Of a stretch of 64,000 nt of DNA, positions 1 to 8,766 are shown piece by piece. Every line of letters begins with the position of its first letter. The stretch's first letter is position 1. A program made the translations under genes and the position numbers. Source of the stretch: Planctomycetota bacterium. GTDB taxonomy: Bacteria > Planctomycetota > B15-G4. Location: the NCBI GenBank assembly GCA_965248575.1, contig CBDFJQ010000002.1:1-64000 (forward strand), given 5' to 3'. The notes beneath the pieces were generated by a model. That model was not told the origin of the DNA and did no database searches. It saw nothing but the letters and a program-made list of their open reading frames with translations.

Positions 1-1
1 C

Positions 2-997
2 GGGGCAGGTGGCAACTTTCTCTACCAGGCGGAAGTCTCGGGCCCGAACAAGAAGGCGAAGCAGCTCCCACGCATCCGGGATGTCGCCAAGTTGGTCTGG
101 GCCATCTATGTGGGGCTGACCGCCTTGGAGGTGTTGGCGCTGCGCGTCGCGGGCATGAGCTGGTTCGATGCGGTGTGCCACAGCTTCGCGACGGTGGCCA
201 CCGGGGGGTTCGGTACGCGTCCCGATTCCATGGCCTCGTTCAGCCCGGCCATCCAATGGGTGGTGACGGTGTTCATGCTTTTGGCGGGGCTCAACTATGT
301 GCTGCTGTTCAGCGCGCTTCTGGGCCGGCCCCGGGCGCTGTTGCGAAGCACCGAAGCGCGGGTCTGGGTCGGCCTCCTGCTCATCTCCACAGTCCTGTGT
401 TGCTTCGTGCTCCATGCGCGAGACGGTGTCGCCGATGGCCTTGAGCCGCTCGTACGCGATGTTGCCTTCACGGTGGTCTCGATCAGCACCACCACGGGTT
501 TCTCCTCCGCCGACTTCGGGCTCTGGCCCGCGTCCTTGCAGATCCTGATGTTGCTGTTGATGGTGGGTGGCGCCTGCGCGGGCTCCACGAGTGGCAGCGC
601 CAAGATCGCGCGCCACCTCATGTGGGCCAAGGCTGCCGTGCGCGAGTTGAAGCTCTTGCTGCGCCCCACCGCGGTCTTCGTGGTGCGTGTGGAGGAGCGG
701 ACGATTCCCGACGCCCTCGTGCGCAAGAGCGTCGCCTTCCTGCTGTTCTATCTCGGGTCCGCATGCCTGGGGACGTTGCTCTTGGCAATGATGGGGATGG
801 GGGGGCAGGAGTCCTTGAGTTCCATGATCACCTGCCTTTCCGGTGTCGGCCCCGGTCTGGGCTCGGTGGGGCCCGCTCACAACTTTGCCGCCGTACCCGA
901 GGCCGGCAAGGCCCTGCTGATGGTGGCCATGTTGCTGGGCCGGCTGGAGTTCTTCGCCGTGCTGGTCTTGTTCTCGCCCCTGGCCTGGCGGCGATAG
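2..997 (+). CDS. trkH: TrkH family K+ uptake membrane protein, 5'-truncated by the window edge
   Basis: Frame is open from position 2 (GAGGNFLYQAEVSGP...). Pore-loop motifs TVATGGF, STTTGF, GACAGSTSG and the C-terminal MLLGRLE are present. Confidence 0.93.
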   Translation, partial: GAGGNFLYQAEVSGPNKKAKQLPRIRDVAKLVWAIYVGLTALEVLALRVAGMSWFDAVCHSFATVATGGFGTRPDSMASFSPAIQWVVTVFMLLAGLNYVLLFSALLGRPRALLRSTEARVWVGLLLISTVLCCFVLHARDGVADGLEPLVRDVAFTVVSISTTTGFSSADFGLWPASLQILMLLLMVGGACAGSTSGSAKIARHLMWAKAAVRELKLLLRPTAVFVVRVEERTIPDALVRKSVAFLLFYLGSACLGTLLLAMMGMGGQESLSSMITCLSGVGPGLGSVGPAHNFAAVPEAGKALLMVAMLLGRLEFFAVLVLFSPLAWRR

Positions 998-1000
998 CCG

Positions 1001-2458
1001 GTGAACAGCGAATGCGTCTTCTACATCCTGGGCCGGCTGTGCACGCTGCTGGCCGTGCTGCTGGCCTCGCCGCTGCTGTTGTGTCTGATGGACGGCGGCC
1101 TGGGAACACCGACGGCCAACGCTTTCATCGTGTCCGCGGTGGTGAGCCTGGGTCTCGGCGTCGCCCTGCAACTCTCCTTCGAGTTCGACCAGGAGAAGTT
1201 CGGCTTCGGCGAGGCCTTCGCCACGGTGACTGGTTGTTGGATCGTCTTCACCGCCCTGGGGGCGATGCCCTTCGTGATCACGGGCAAGATCCCGCTTGTG
1301 GTGGACGCTTTGTTCGAGGTCCTGTCGGGTTTCACGACGACCGGTGCATCGATCCTCTCGGACCCGGCTTCTCTGGATCGTCCGCTGCTGTTCTGGCGGG
1401 CCATGACCCACTGGGTAGGGGGCATGGGCATTGTCGCCCTCTCCGTGGCGGTGCTGCCGGCCCTGGGTGCTGGAGGAAACTTCCTGTTCCAAGCTGAGGT
1501 CCCGGGGCCGGAATCGGAGAAGCTCCTGCCGCGCATCTCTTCCACGGCCAAGTTGCTGTGGACGCTCTACCTGAGCCTGACGGTCACGCAGTTCATGTTG
1601 CTCTGGGCGGTGGGAATGACGCCCTTCGACTCCATCTGCCACACCTTCGCGACGGTGGCGACGGGCGGCTTCGGAACACGAGCGGACTCCCTCGCTTCCT
1701 TCAGCCCTGCGGTGCAGTGGGTGGTGGTGGTGTTCATGTTCTTGGCAGGCCTGAACTTCGTCATGCTGCTAAACGCCATGAAGGGCCGTTTCGCCGTGGC
1801 CTTCAACAACACCGAAGTGCGTGTCTACACCGGCATCGTGGTCCTGGCGACGATCGCCTGCGTCATCGCGTTGGCGGGGGACCCGGGCCGATCCGCCGGC
1901 GTTGAGCCCCTCCTGCGCGACGCGAGTTTCACGGTGGTGTCGTTGCTCACCTCCACGGGATTCGTCACGGCGGACTACCAGGGTTGGCCCATCGGGCTGC
2001 ACGGCCTGCTGCTGGTGATCATGTTCTGCGGTGCCTGCGCGGGTTCAACGGGCGGTGGCGCCAAGGTGATCCGCTGCCTGATCGCCATCAAGACAGGGGT
2101 GCGGGAAGTGCGCCGCCTCCTGCGCCCCAAGGCCGTCTTCGTGGTGAAGGTCGGCAATCGGCCGCTGACGGACCAGGTGGTGTTCAAGACCGCGGGCTTC
2201 TTCGTGATCTACCTCATGGCCCTGGTGCTGTTCTCCGTGATCCTGATGGCCATGGGGCACAGCGGTTCGACGTCCTTCTCCGCGGTCCTGTCCTGCCTCT
2301 CGAACATCGGTCCCGGCTTGGATGGTGTGGGCCCGACCTCCAACTACGCGGGCTTCGGGTCCACGGCCAAGCTCTTGCTGATGTTCTGCATGCTGCTGGG
2401 GCGGCTCGAGTTCTACAGCGTCTTGGTGCTGTTGGCACCGCTCGCTTGGCGGCGCTGA
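1001..2458 (+). CDS. trkH: TrkH family K+ uptake membrane protein (second copy)
   Basis: Motifs FEVLSGFTTTGA, WVGGMG, VATGGF, TSTGF, GSTGGG, SNIGPG, LGRLE. Confidence 0.95.
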   Translation: MNSECVFYILGRLCTLLAVLLASPLLLCLMDGGLGTPTANAFIVSAVVSLGLGVALQLSFEFDQEKFGFGEAFATVTGCWIVFTALGAMPFVITGKIPLVVDALFEVLSGFTTTGASILSDPASLDRPLLFWRAMTHWVGGMGIVALSVAVLPALGAGGNFLFQAEVPGPESEKLLPRISSTAKLLWTLYLSLTVTQFMLLWAVGMTPFDSICHTFATVATGGFGTRADSLASFSPAVQWVVVVFMFLAGLNFVMLLNAMKGRFAVAFNNTEVRVYTGIVVLATIACVIALAGDPGRSAGVEPLLRDASFTVVSLLTSTGFVTADYQGWPIGLHGLLLVIMFCGACAGSTGGGAKVIRCLIAIKTGVREVRRLLRPKAVFVVKVGNRPLTDQVVFKTAGFFVIYLMALVLFSVILMAMGHSGSTSFSAVLSCLSNIGPGLDGVGPTSNYAGFGSTAKLLLMFCMLLGRLEFYSVLVLLAPLAWRR

Positions 2459-2482
2459 GCGGCGCGCAGTTCCGGGCCCAGC

Positions 2483-3163
2483 TCAGGCCTTGAAGACCTT
2501 CACGTCGGCAGCGGTGTGGGGCAGCTCAAGGGTGTCGTGCGCGGTTCGTACCGTGCTGACGCATTCTTCGGCCAAGGTCTCGCCGTCGATCCCCAAGGTG
2601 TGGAAGGTCTGACGCCAGGAACCGTAGACGGAGTAGAGGCCGCCGTAGAGGTGGCGCAGCAGGCGCCGCAGATTCTGCTTGTCCCGCGGGGCGGGCTGCA
2701 ACACCGGCAGCAGCCGACCGAGGATGCGATGCGAGTCGTCCCCAAGGATGCGCCCGCTGAGCATGCGCGCGTGGGGGCCCGCCACGTCGTCCAGCAGGCG
2801 GATCGGCAGGGCGGAGAGCTCGCCCAGCACGGCGAAGCCCGTCGTGACCAGGGAGGGGACGTGGCCGCTCGTGAGCACCTCACCCAGGCTGGAATCGAAT
2901 TCCCTAAGGATGTCGTCGTCCTGCACCCGGATCCGGGCGTTCTCGCCCGCTTCCTCGTGCAGGGCGCTGGCCAGGGTGTGGGTCCGGCTCGCCGCGTCTT
3001 CCAGGGAGGCCCCCCAACTGGGCTCGGCCGTGCGCGCTGCTAGATCAGCAAGCAGCTCGCCGAGCGCCGTCCGGAGCCGGGCTTGCAGGGCCCAGACATC
3101 CTGTTGGGCCTCCATGGCGTCGGGGGTCAGGAAGCCGAGTTGTCGCCAGTCAGGTGTGCTCAT
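2483..3163 (-). CDS. Ferritin-like fold protein resembling aldehyde-deformylating oxygenase, metal ligands degenerate
   Basis: 226-aa helical ORF. Segments VAGPHARMLSGRILGDDSH and FHTLGIDGETLAEE resemble ADO/MiaE-like helices (by-eye comparison). Confidence 0.5.
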   Translation of the reverse strand: MSTPDWRQLGFLTPDAMEAQQDVWALQARLRTALGELLADLAARTAEPSWGASLEDAASRTHTLASALHEEAGENARIRVQDDDILREFDSSLGEVLTSGHVPSLVTTGFAVLGELSALPIRLLDDVAGPHARMLSGRILGDDSHRILGRLLPVLQPAPRDKQNLRRLLRHLYGGLYSVYGSWRQTFHTLGIDGETLAEECVSTVRTAHDTLELPHTAADVKVFKA

Positions 3164-3312
3164 GAAGGGGGCAGGGGCAGGGGGCAGCGGGCGGCCGTGG
3201 AAGTGGAGACTTCAAGGTCTCGACCCGGCGGCTGGAAGGCAAGCGATTCTGTGGATTCGGGGCGAGGTCCATCCGTCCGCGAGGCACTCGCTCACCGATG
3301 GGCCTCTGCTGG

Positions 3313-3318
3313 TAGACT
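3313..3318 (+). promoter_or_regulatory. Putative extended -10 box (TGg-TAGACT) of a leaderless rnd transcript
   Basis: TAGACT lies 8 nt before ATG 3327, with no Shine-Dalgarno in between. Confidence 0.5.
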
Positions 3319-3326
3319 CCTCCGCG

Positions 3327-4481
3327 ATGATCGATACCCAGGAAACCTTCAACGAAGTCGTCGACCAGCTCGCGAACCAGGATGTGATCGCGATCGACTG
3401 TGAGATGGACTCCATGTACGCGTACGGCACGAGCCTGTGTGTGGTGCAGGTCGGCTGGGAAAAGAAGGAGGCCCTGATCGACGGGCTGGTGGATCTGGAT
3501 CGCAGCCGCCTGGGCGAGGTGTTTGCCGACCAGTCCAAGGTGAAGATCTTTCACGGGGGCGAAAACGACATCGGCCTGATGCGCGCGCACTGGGGCTTCG
3601 ACTTCTCCAACACCTTCGACACCATGGCGGCCTCCCAGATCCTGGGGCATGACGGGGTCGGATTGGCGGCCGTCTTGGAGCGCCACTTCGAGGTGAAGCT
3701 GAGCAAGAAGTACCAGAAGGCAGACTGGCGCATCCGTCCCCTGCCCAAGGACCAGGCTGAGTACGCGCGTCTCGATGTGCGTTACCTGATCGAGTTGCGG
3801 GAGTGCTTGCTGGACGAGCTGGAGGAGCTGGAGCGGGTGGAGGAGGCGGCCAGCGAGTTCGCGCGCATCGCCCGGGCCCACATCACCGAGAAGCCCTTCG
3901 ACCCGGACAACTGGGTGAAGGTCAAAGGCGGCAAGGAGCTCGCGGCGACGGCGCGCGGCATGTTGCGCGAGCTCTACATCGCCCGGGACGAGATTTCCAA
4001 GCGCTTGGACCGAGCCCCCTATCGGGTGTTGCACGACAGCGCGATCGTGGAGCTGGCGAAGCATCGACCCGACGGTGTCGACAAGTACCGGGCCCTGCGT
4101 GGCGTCAATCGACATTTGTCCGCAGCTGATGTCGACCGGCTGCTGCAGGCGGTGCGCGAGGGACAGGAGCACGGCGAAATCCCCATGCCTCCGAGGAAGG
4201 GACGGCGCAAGCCCTGGGAGCCAACAGCCGACGCGCGTCTCTCAGCCTCCCAAGAGGCGCTCTTCGAGGCCTTGCGCAAGTGGCGCGTCAAGCGAGCCAA
4301 GGAGCGCGGAGTGGATGTGGCCCGGGTGGCCACGAGCAGCCTCCTGATGGAAATCGCTCGGGCAGAGGCCCAGGACCTGGACACCTTGGCTGCTGTCGAG
4401 GCTGTCGAAGCATGGCGGCTCCGGGAGTACGGCGAAGACATCGTGCAGGTGGCTCAAGCATGCGCCGCCAAGCGTGCGTAG
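3327..4481 (+). CDS. rnd: Ribonuclease D (3'-5' exonuclease plus two HRDC domains)
   Basis: DEDD motifs AIDCE, KIFHG..D, FDT..A, DWRIRPL..YA..DV; HRDC segments RLDRAPYRVL and ALRKWR..RAKE. Start set at ATG 3327 rather than the ORF-track start at 2679. Confidence 0.92.
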   Translation: MIDTQETFNEVVDQLANQDVIAIDCEMDSMYAYGTSLCVVQVGWEKKEALIDGLVDLDRSRLGEVFADQSKVKIFHGGENDIGLMRAHWGFDFSNTFDTMAASQILGHDGVGLAAVLERHFEVKLSKKYQKADWRIRPLPKDQAEYARLDVRYLIELRECLLDELEELERVEEAASEFARIARAHITEKPFDPDNWVKVKGGKELAATARGMLRELYIARDEISKRLDRAPYRVLHDSAIVELAKHRPDGVDKYRALRGVNRHLSAADVDRLLQAVREGQEHGEIPMPPRKGRRKPWEPTADARLSASQEALFEALRKWRVKRAKERGVDVARVATSSLLMEIARAEAQDLDTLAAVEAVEAWRLREYGEDIVQVAQACAAKRA

Positions 4482-4606
4482 GCAGGCATGCCTGCTGCGC
4501 GAAGCGCCAGCGTACGGACCCCTGACCAGCGCTTGAGCTGGGCGAGACGAGCGGTCCCGGATCGAGCACTGAATGCCTCTACGGAGGCCAACCCAAGGGT
4601 TTCAAG

Positions 4607-7186
4607 ATGAAGGCGTGGATGTGGTTGCTGATCGGTGGAGCCGTGGTGGGCGGTCTGGCCTACTTCCTCTGGGCGTCGGGAGTGGATCCCGAAGCACGGT
4701 TCGCAGAGTTGACGGCCGTTGCCGAAGGGCATTACGCCGAGGGCGGCTACGAGCGGGCGGCCACGAGCTATCGCTCAGCCGAGGACTACGCCAGCGAGGT
4801 CGGCAATGCCCGCGGCGCCCTCTCGTCCCGGGCGCAGCGGGGGGTGTGTCTCAAGATGCTCGAGCGGGCGGACGACGCGCGCGCCCTGCTGGTGCCCGCA
4901 CTGGCGGAGGCACGCGAGCTGGGAGAGGCGCGCATCGAAGGCCTGGCCCTGGGGAACCTCGCCCGGGTGGAGAGCCTCGCCGGCAACGTGGACGAAGCGC
5001 TCGACTACCTCGACCAGCTGGTGGCCTTTTCGCAGGAGCACACCGACGAGCGCACGGAGATCCTGACCCGCGAGCAAGCGGCGGTCCTGCTCGACCGGCT
5101 CGGCCGACACGGCGAAGCCCTGGATGCCTTCGACGAAGCCTTGGCCCGCAGTGAGGCCTTGGACCTCGGCGAGGAGAGTCGCCGGGATGCGCTCCTGCGC
5201 CAAAAGGGGTGGACCCAAGTGCAGATGGGGGACGACCTGGGCGCGCGCCATACATGGGATCAGGCTGCCCCCGGGCCCACGACCCTGGCTCGACAGGGAC
5301 AACAGCTCTCCTTGTTGGGCTTGCACACGGAGGCTGCTGAATCGGCTCTCGCGGCCGCCCGGCTGTTCGATGAGGAGAGTGATCGTCGGGACGACGCCCG
5401 GGACGTAGCCCTCGAACTGAGTCTCTCGGAGCTGCTCCTCTCCGGGCAGCTGGAGGCCTGCCGAGCAGAGCTGGCGGCGGTCCTGGCCCTGGGTGGCAGT
5501 GAACAATCCCAGGCACCCTTCCAGTTGCTGCAAGCACGTCTGGAGCTGACGTCGGGGCGCCACGCAGAGGCCGCAGCCCACGCAAGCGCGGCGCGGATTG
5601 GCTTCGCCGAAACGCAACGGGCCCAGGAGGCTGGTTGGCTCGAGGCCGTGGCGCTCGTGAAGAACGCTCAGCCGGAAGAGGCCATCGCGGTGCTCTCAGC
5701 ATTGCCGGAGTCGCTGGCACGAACCGTCGTGCGGGGTTGGATCCTCGACGCGGTTCCCGACGACAGTCGCCTGTCCTCGGAAGTGCTGCCGCTGCTCGAC
5801 CAGGCGCATCCCGCAGCCGGGGACTTCAGCTTGCGCATCCTGACGCGCATCTGCCCGGAACCCCTGCCGAGCTTGTCCTGGTTGGCACTGCACATGGCCT
5901 TGGCCGATGCCGACGGCTTGCGGGCCCGGGGGCAGGAGGTCGTGGCGGAGGGGCGTGTGGCCCAAGGCGTCGTGACAGCCCTGCACTGGCAAGCTGCCGA
6001 GACCCTGGAGCGCTTGCTAGGGCGTTGGCCCGACGCAGCCCTGGTCGACAACCGCGCCCGGGTGGATCGCTGGACCCGACGCGAACTGGCCGACGACGAA
6101 GCGGTGCTGGCCGTGCTTCCGGGCGTGCGCCTCTCCTATCTCATCGTGTTCACTTCCGAGTACGGCGGCACGACCTTCGGAGTGCCCGCGGGCAAGGTGT
6201 TGCACGCTTCTTCCCAGAAGGTGGTGGAGCGCTTGCGCGGGGGATCACTCTTCGACGTTGCACAGGATTCCTACGAGATGTTCTCCAGCCTCTTCGGCGA
6301 GCGTGCCTTGGCGGACCTGGAGGGGCGTCGCCACTGGACGTTGCTGTTGCCCGATGAGCTCACGGGGGTGCCGCCGGGCATGTGGGTCACCCGGCGCGCA
6401 GCCCCGAACGCTCCCGTGGCCTGGTTGCTCCGCGACCACGAGGTCAGCCTGATGCCCTATGTGGCGCCCGAGGGCCGCACGCGTGGCTTGCGGGGGGGGC
6501 GCTGGTCGCGCCTGCTGTCGCCGGTACTCGACCCGGAGGCCCTTTCGTTGGCGGGGGCGGCTGCCATGGGAGCCTTCGGTTCCACGGCGCTCCAGGTGGG
6601 TTCCGTGCGCCCGTTGCCCTCCACGGTGGAAGCCCTGGGCGCGGAGCAGGCGTCCACCCCAACGGCTGATTCACAGGACATCGTCCAAGCAGAGGCCGCC
6701 ACTGTCGGGGCTGCCTTGGACCGCCTGGCCAACTCGCACGTGGTGGAGTTCTCCCTGCCCGCCTTCGGCGGGGGGCGTCTAGGTGGGCTCTTCCTGGCGG
6801 CTGATGCCGAGGCTTCCCGGGGCGATGCAGCCGTGGGCTTCCTGCCGTGGCGACGGCTGGCGACGAGCTCCGGAGGGGCGGACGTCATCCTGGACCGGAG
6901 TCGCTTCGACCCCGGCAACACGGAAGCCGGTGCCGCCCTGGCCGCGGCGGCCTTCATCGCGTCGGGCGCGGAGCAAGTGCTCATGACGCGCTGGCCTATT
7001 CCCGATCCGCTGCGCGACGGAATGGTCACTCGCACTGCGGGTGCAGCGGATGGCAGCCAGACCCTTGCTCAGTTGATCGCCCATGCCCAGCGCCTGTTCG
7101 TGGCCGGGGCCGAGCAACAAGGCATCCTGGACCGAACGCACCCGTTGTTCTGGGCAGGCTGGCTGCCCTTCGACGTGGGCCCCTAG
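4607..7186 (+). CDS. Membrane-anchored TPR repeat plus CHAT-like domain protein, catalytic dyad absent
   Basis: N-terminal TM helix; TPR repeats (ALGNLARV..GN.DEAL.Y); CHAT-like segments LLLPDELTG.P, AAAFIASGAEQVLMTRW and HPLFWAGW. Confidence 0.75.
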   Translation: MKAWMWLLIGGAVVGGLAYFLWASGVDPEARFAELTAVAEGHYAEGGYERAATSYRSAEDYASEVGNARGALSSRAQRGVCLKMLERADDARALLVPALAEARELGEARIEGLALGNLARVESLAGNVDEALDYLDQLVAFSQEHTDERTEILTREQAAVLLDRLGRHGEALDAFDEALARSEALDLGEESRRDALLRQKGWTQVQMGDDLGARHTWDQAAPGPTTLARQGQQLSLLGLHTEAAESALAAARLFDEESDRRDDARDVALELSLSELLLSGQLEACRAELAAVLALGGSEQSQAPFQLLQARLELTSGRHAEAAAHASAARIGFAETQRAQEAGWLEAVALVKNAQPEEAIAVLSALPESLARTVVRGWILDAVPDDSRLSSEVLPLLDQAHPAAGDFSLRILTRICPEPLPSLSWLALHMALADADGLRARGQEVVAEGRVAQGVVTALHWQAAETLERLLGRWPDAALVDNRARVDRWTRRELADDEAVLAVLPGVRLSYLIVFTSEYGGTTFGVPAGKVLHASSQKVVERLRGGSLFDVAQDSYEMFSSLFGERALADLEGRRHWTLLLPDELTGVPPGMWVTRRAAPNAPVAWLLRDHEVSLMPYVAPEGRTRGLRGGRWSRLLSPVLDPEALSLAGAAAMGAFGSTALQVGSVRPLPSTVEALGAEQASTPTADSQDIVQAEAATVGAALDRLANSHVVEFSLPAFGGGRLGGLFLAADAEASRGDAAVGFLPWRRLATSSGGADVILDRSRFDPGNTEAGAALAAAAFIASGAEQVLMTRWPIPDPLRDGMVTRTAGAADGSQTLAQLIAHAQRLFVAGAEQQGILDRTHPLFWAGWLPFDVGP

Positions 7187-7207
7187 ACCTCGAACGGGGC
7201 CCGGGCG

Positions 7208-8740
7208 TCAGTAGCCGATGGCCTTGATGGCATCGAGCTGGTCCTGGTCCATGGGCTGCTCGTCCGCCGCGCCTTGCTGACCGGCGGCCGTGCTGCGGGC
7301 CCGTTGTTCGAACAGTCGCAGGGCTTCACGCATGGTCGTGAGGCGCTGGGGTTCGCTGGCCACCAGGTTCTCGGACTCGCCGGGGTCGGTTGCCAGGTTG
7401 TAGAGCTCTTCGTGGACCACCGGGCTCCAGGTGTCGAACTCCGTCTCCTGCGCACGGAGCTCGTGCTTGCGCTCACTCTGGGCCACGAGTGAACGCTGCT
7501 GGGGTGTCAACCAGCGCCGGGCTTGGATGTACTTCCATTCGCCCACGACGGCACTGCGCAGCACGTTGCGATGCTGGATCAGGAGTTCGCTCACAACAGG
7601 CACGGAGGGAGGGGAGGCAGCGCCCTGCTCGTCGAGCAGCACATGGCCATCGGTGGGTTTGCCATCCCGGGCAACACCCTGGAAGGTGGTGACCGTGGGC
7701 ACGATGTCCACGAGCGAGACGGGGCGGGCCACGCGCCTGGCCGCGCGACGCTGGGGGTTCCAGACCAAGAGCGGCACGTGGACCGACTCCTCATAGAGCG
7801 TCCAGGCGTGCTCGACGAAGCCGTGGTCGAGAAACTCCTCACCGTGGTCGGAGGTGATGACCACCAAGGTGTCGTCGGCCACACCAAGCTCTTCGAGCCC
7901 GGCGAAGAGCGCGCGCAGGGCGTTGTCCGTGTCGCGGATCTCGGCGTCGTAGCGGACCTGCTGGTCTTCGAACTGGGGATCGCCGGGCCCGAAGCCGCGC
8001 GCGACATACTCCGGCACCGCAGGACGTAACTGCGTGTAGAGGCCCACGGGGTCCGGGTAGATCTCGTCGGTGAATTCGAGCTGCAGCTCCTGCGGCGGTT
8101 CGTAGGGCGCGTGCGGATCGAAGTAGTGCACGTACATCATGAACGGCTCGTCCCCTGCGTTCGCTGCAAACGAAAGGGCGCGTTCCGTGAGGGCGTGGCT
8201 CATGCCGCTCACACCACCTGCCGCGACGAGATGCTCGACGTCCTGGAAGCCCCGTGTGAAGCGCTCATTGCCCAGCATGATGGTGGTGGTGAAGAAGCCT
8301 GTGCGGTAGCCGGCATCGCGATAGCTTTCGCCCAGGGTGGGGAGGGCGGCCGAGGGGGCCGCGTACCAACCGAGGCTGCCGCTCAAGGATGGCAAGCGGC
8401 CGGTGAGCAAGGCCGCGATGGATTCGCGGGTGAAAGCCGAGGCCGCGTAGGCGCGCTCGAAGACCACGCTCTCGTCCGCCAGCGAGTCGAGGAAGGGTGA
8501 GGTGTCGCGCCCATAACCGTGGTAGCCGAGATGGTCGGCGCGCAGGGTGTCGACGACGATCACGATCAGATGGGTCGGCGCGTCGCCCCGACCTGCGGAG
8601 AGGTCGCTGTCGTCGCTGGAGCCCTCTGGGTCTGCCTGGCTACACCCGAGGGGGGAGGCGAGGGTGGAGGCCACGGTCAGGGCGAGCAGGCAGGATCGAA
8701 TGGGGCTCGAAGGTCGAGCGAGCGGCTGTCTACGAGTCAT
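7208..8740 (-). CDS. Sulfatase-like (AlkP superfamily) probable lipoprotein
   Basis: Motifs VVDTLRADHL.Y.R.TSP, YVHYFDPHAPY, TSDHGEEF..H, LYEE..HVPL and ELYNL..DPGE..NL; lipobox-like PLGC. Confidence 0.88.
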   Translation of the reverse strand: MTRRQPLARPSSPIRSCLLALTVASTLASPLGCSQADPEGSSDDSDLSAGRGDAPTHLIVIVVDTLRADHLGYHGYGRDTSPFLDSLADESVVFERAYAASAFTRESIAALLTGRLPSLSGSLGWYAAPSAALPTLGESYRDAGYRTGFFTTTIMLGNERFTRGFQDVEHLVAAGGVSGMSHALTERALSFAANAGDEPFMMYVHYFDPHAPYEPPQELQLEFTDEIYPDPVGLYTQLRPAVPEYVARGFGPGDPQFEDQQVRYDAEIRDTDNALRALFAGLEELGVADDTLVVITSDHGEEFLDHGFVEHAWTLYEESVHVPLLVWNPQRRAARRVARPVSLVDIVPTVTTFQGVARDGKPTDGHVLLDEQGAASPPSVPVVSELLIQHRNVLRSAVVGEWKYIQARRWLTPQQRSLVAQSERKHELRAQETEFDTWSPVVHEELYNLATDPGESENLVASEPQRLTTMREALRLFEQRARSTAAGQQGAADEQPMDQDQLDAIKAIGY

Positions 8741-8766
8741 GCCCGGATCATCGCCTATTTGGCCGC

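Noticed and set aside
2679..3326. N-terminal extensions in the ORF track (rnd 600 aa; similarly 25730, 20674, 56812, 49456, 29128, 62840)
   Set aside because: They overlap real genes or lack coding features; these are stop-poor high-GC frames.
4482..4495. 14-bp perfect palindrome GCAGGCATGCCTGC after the rnd stop
   Set aside because: Single occurrence with no U-tract; plausible by chance in high-GC DNA or a weak terminator.
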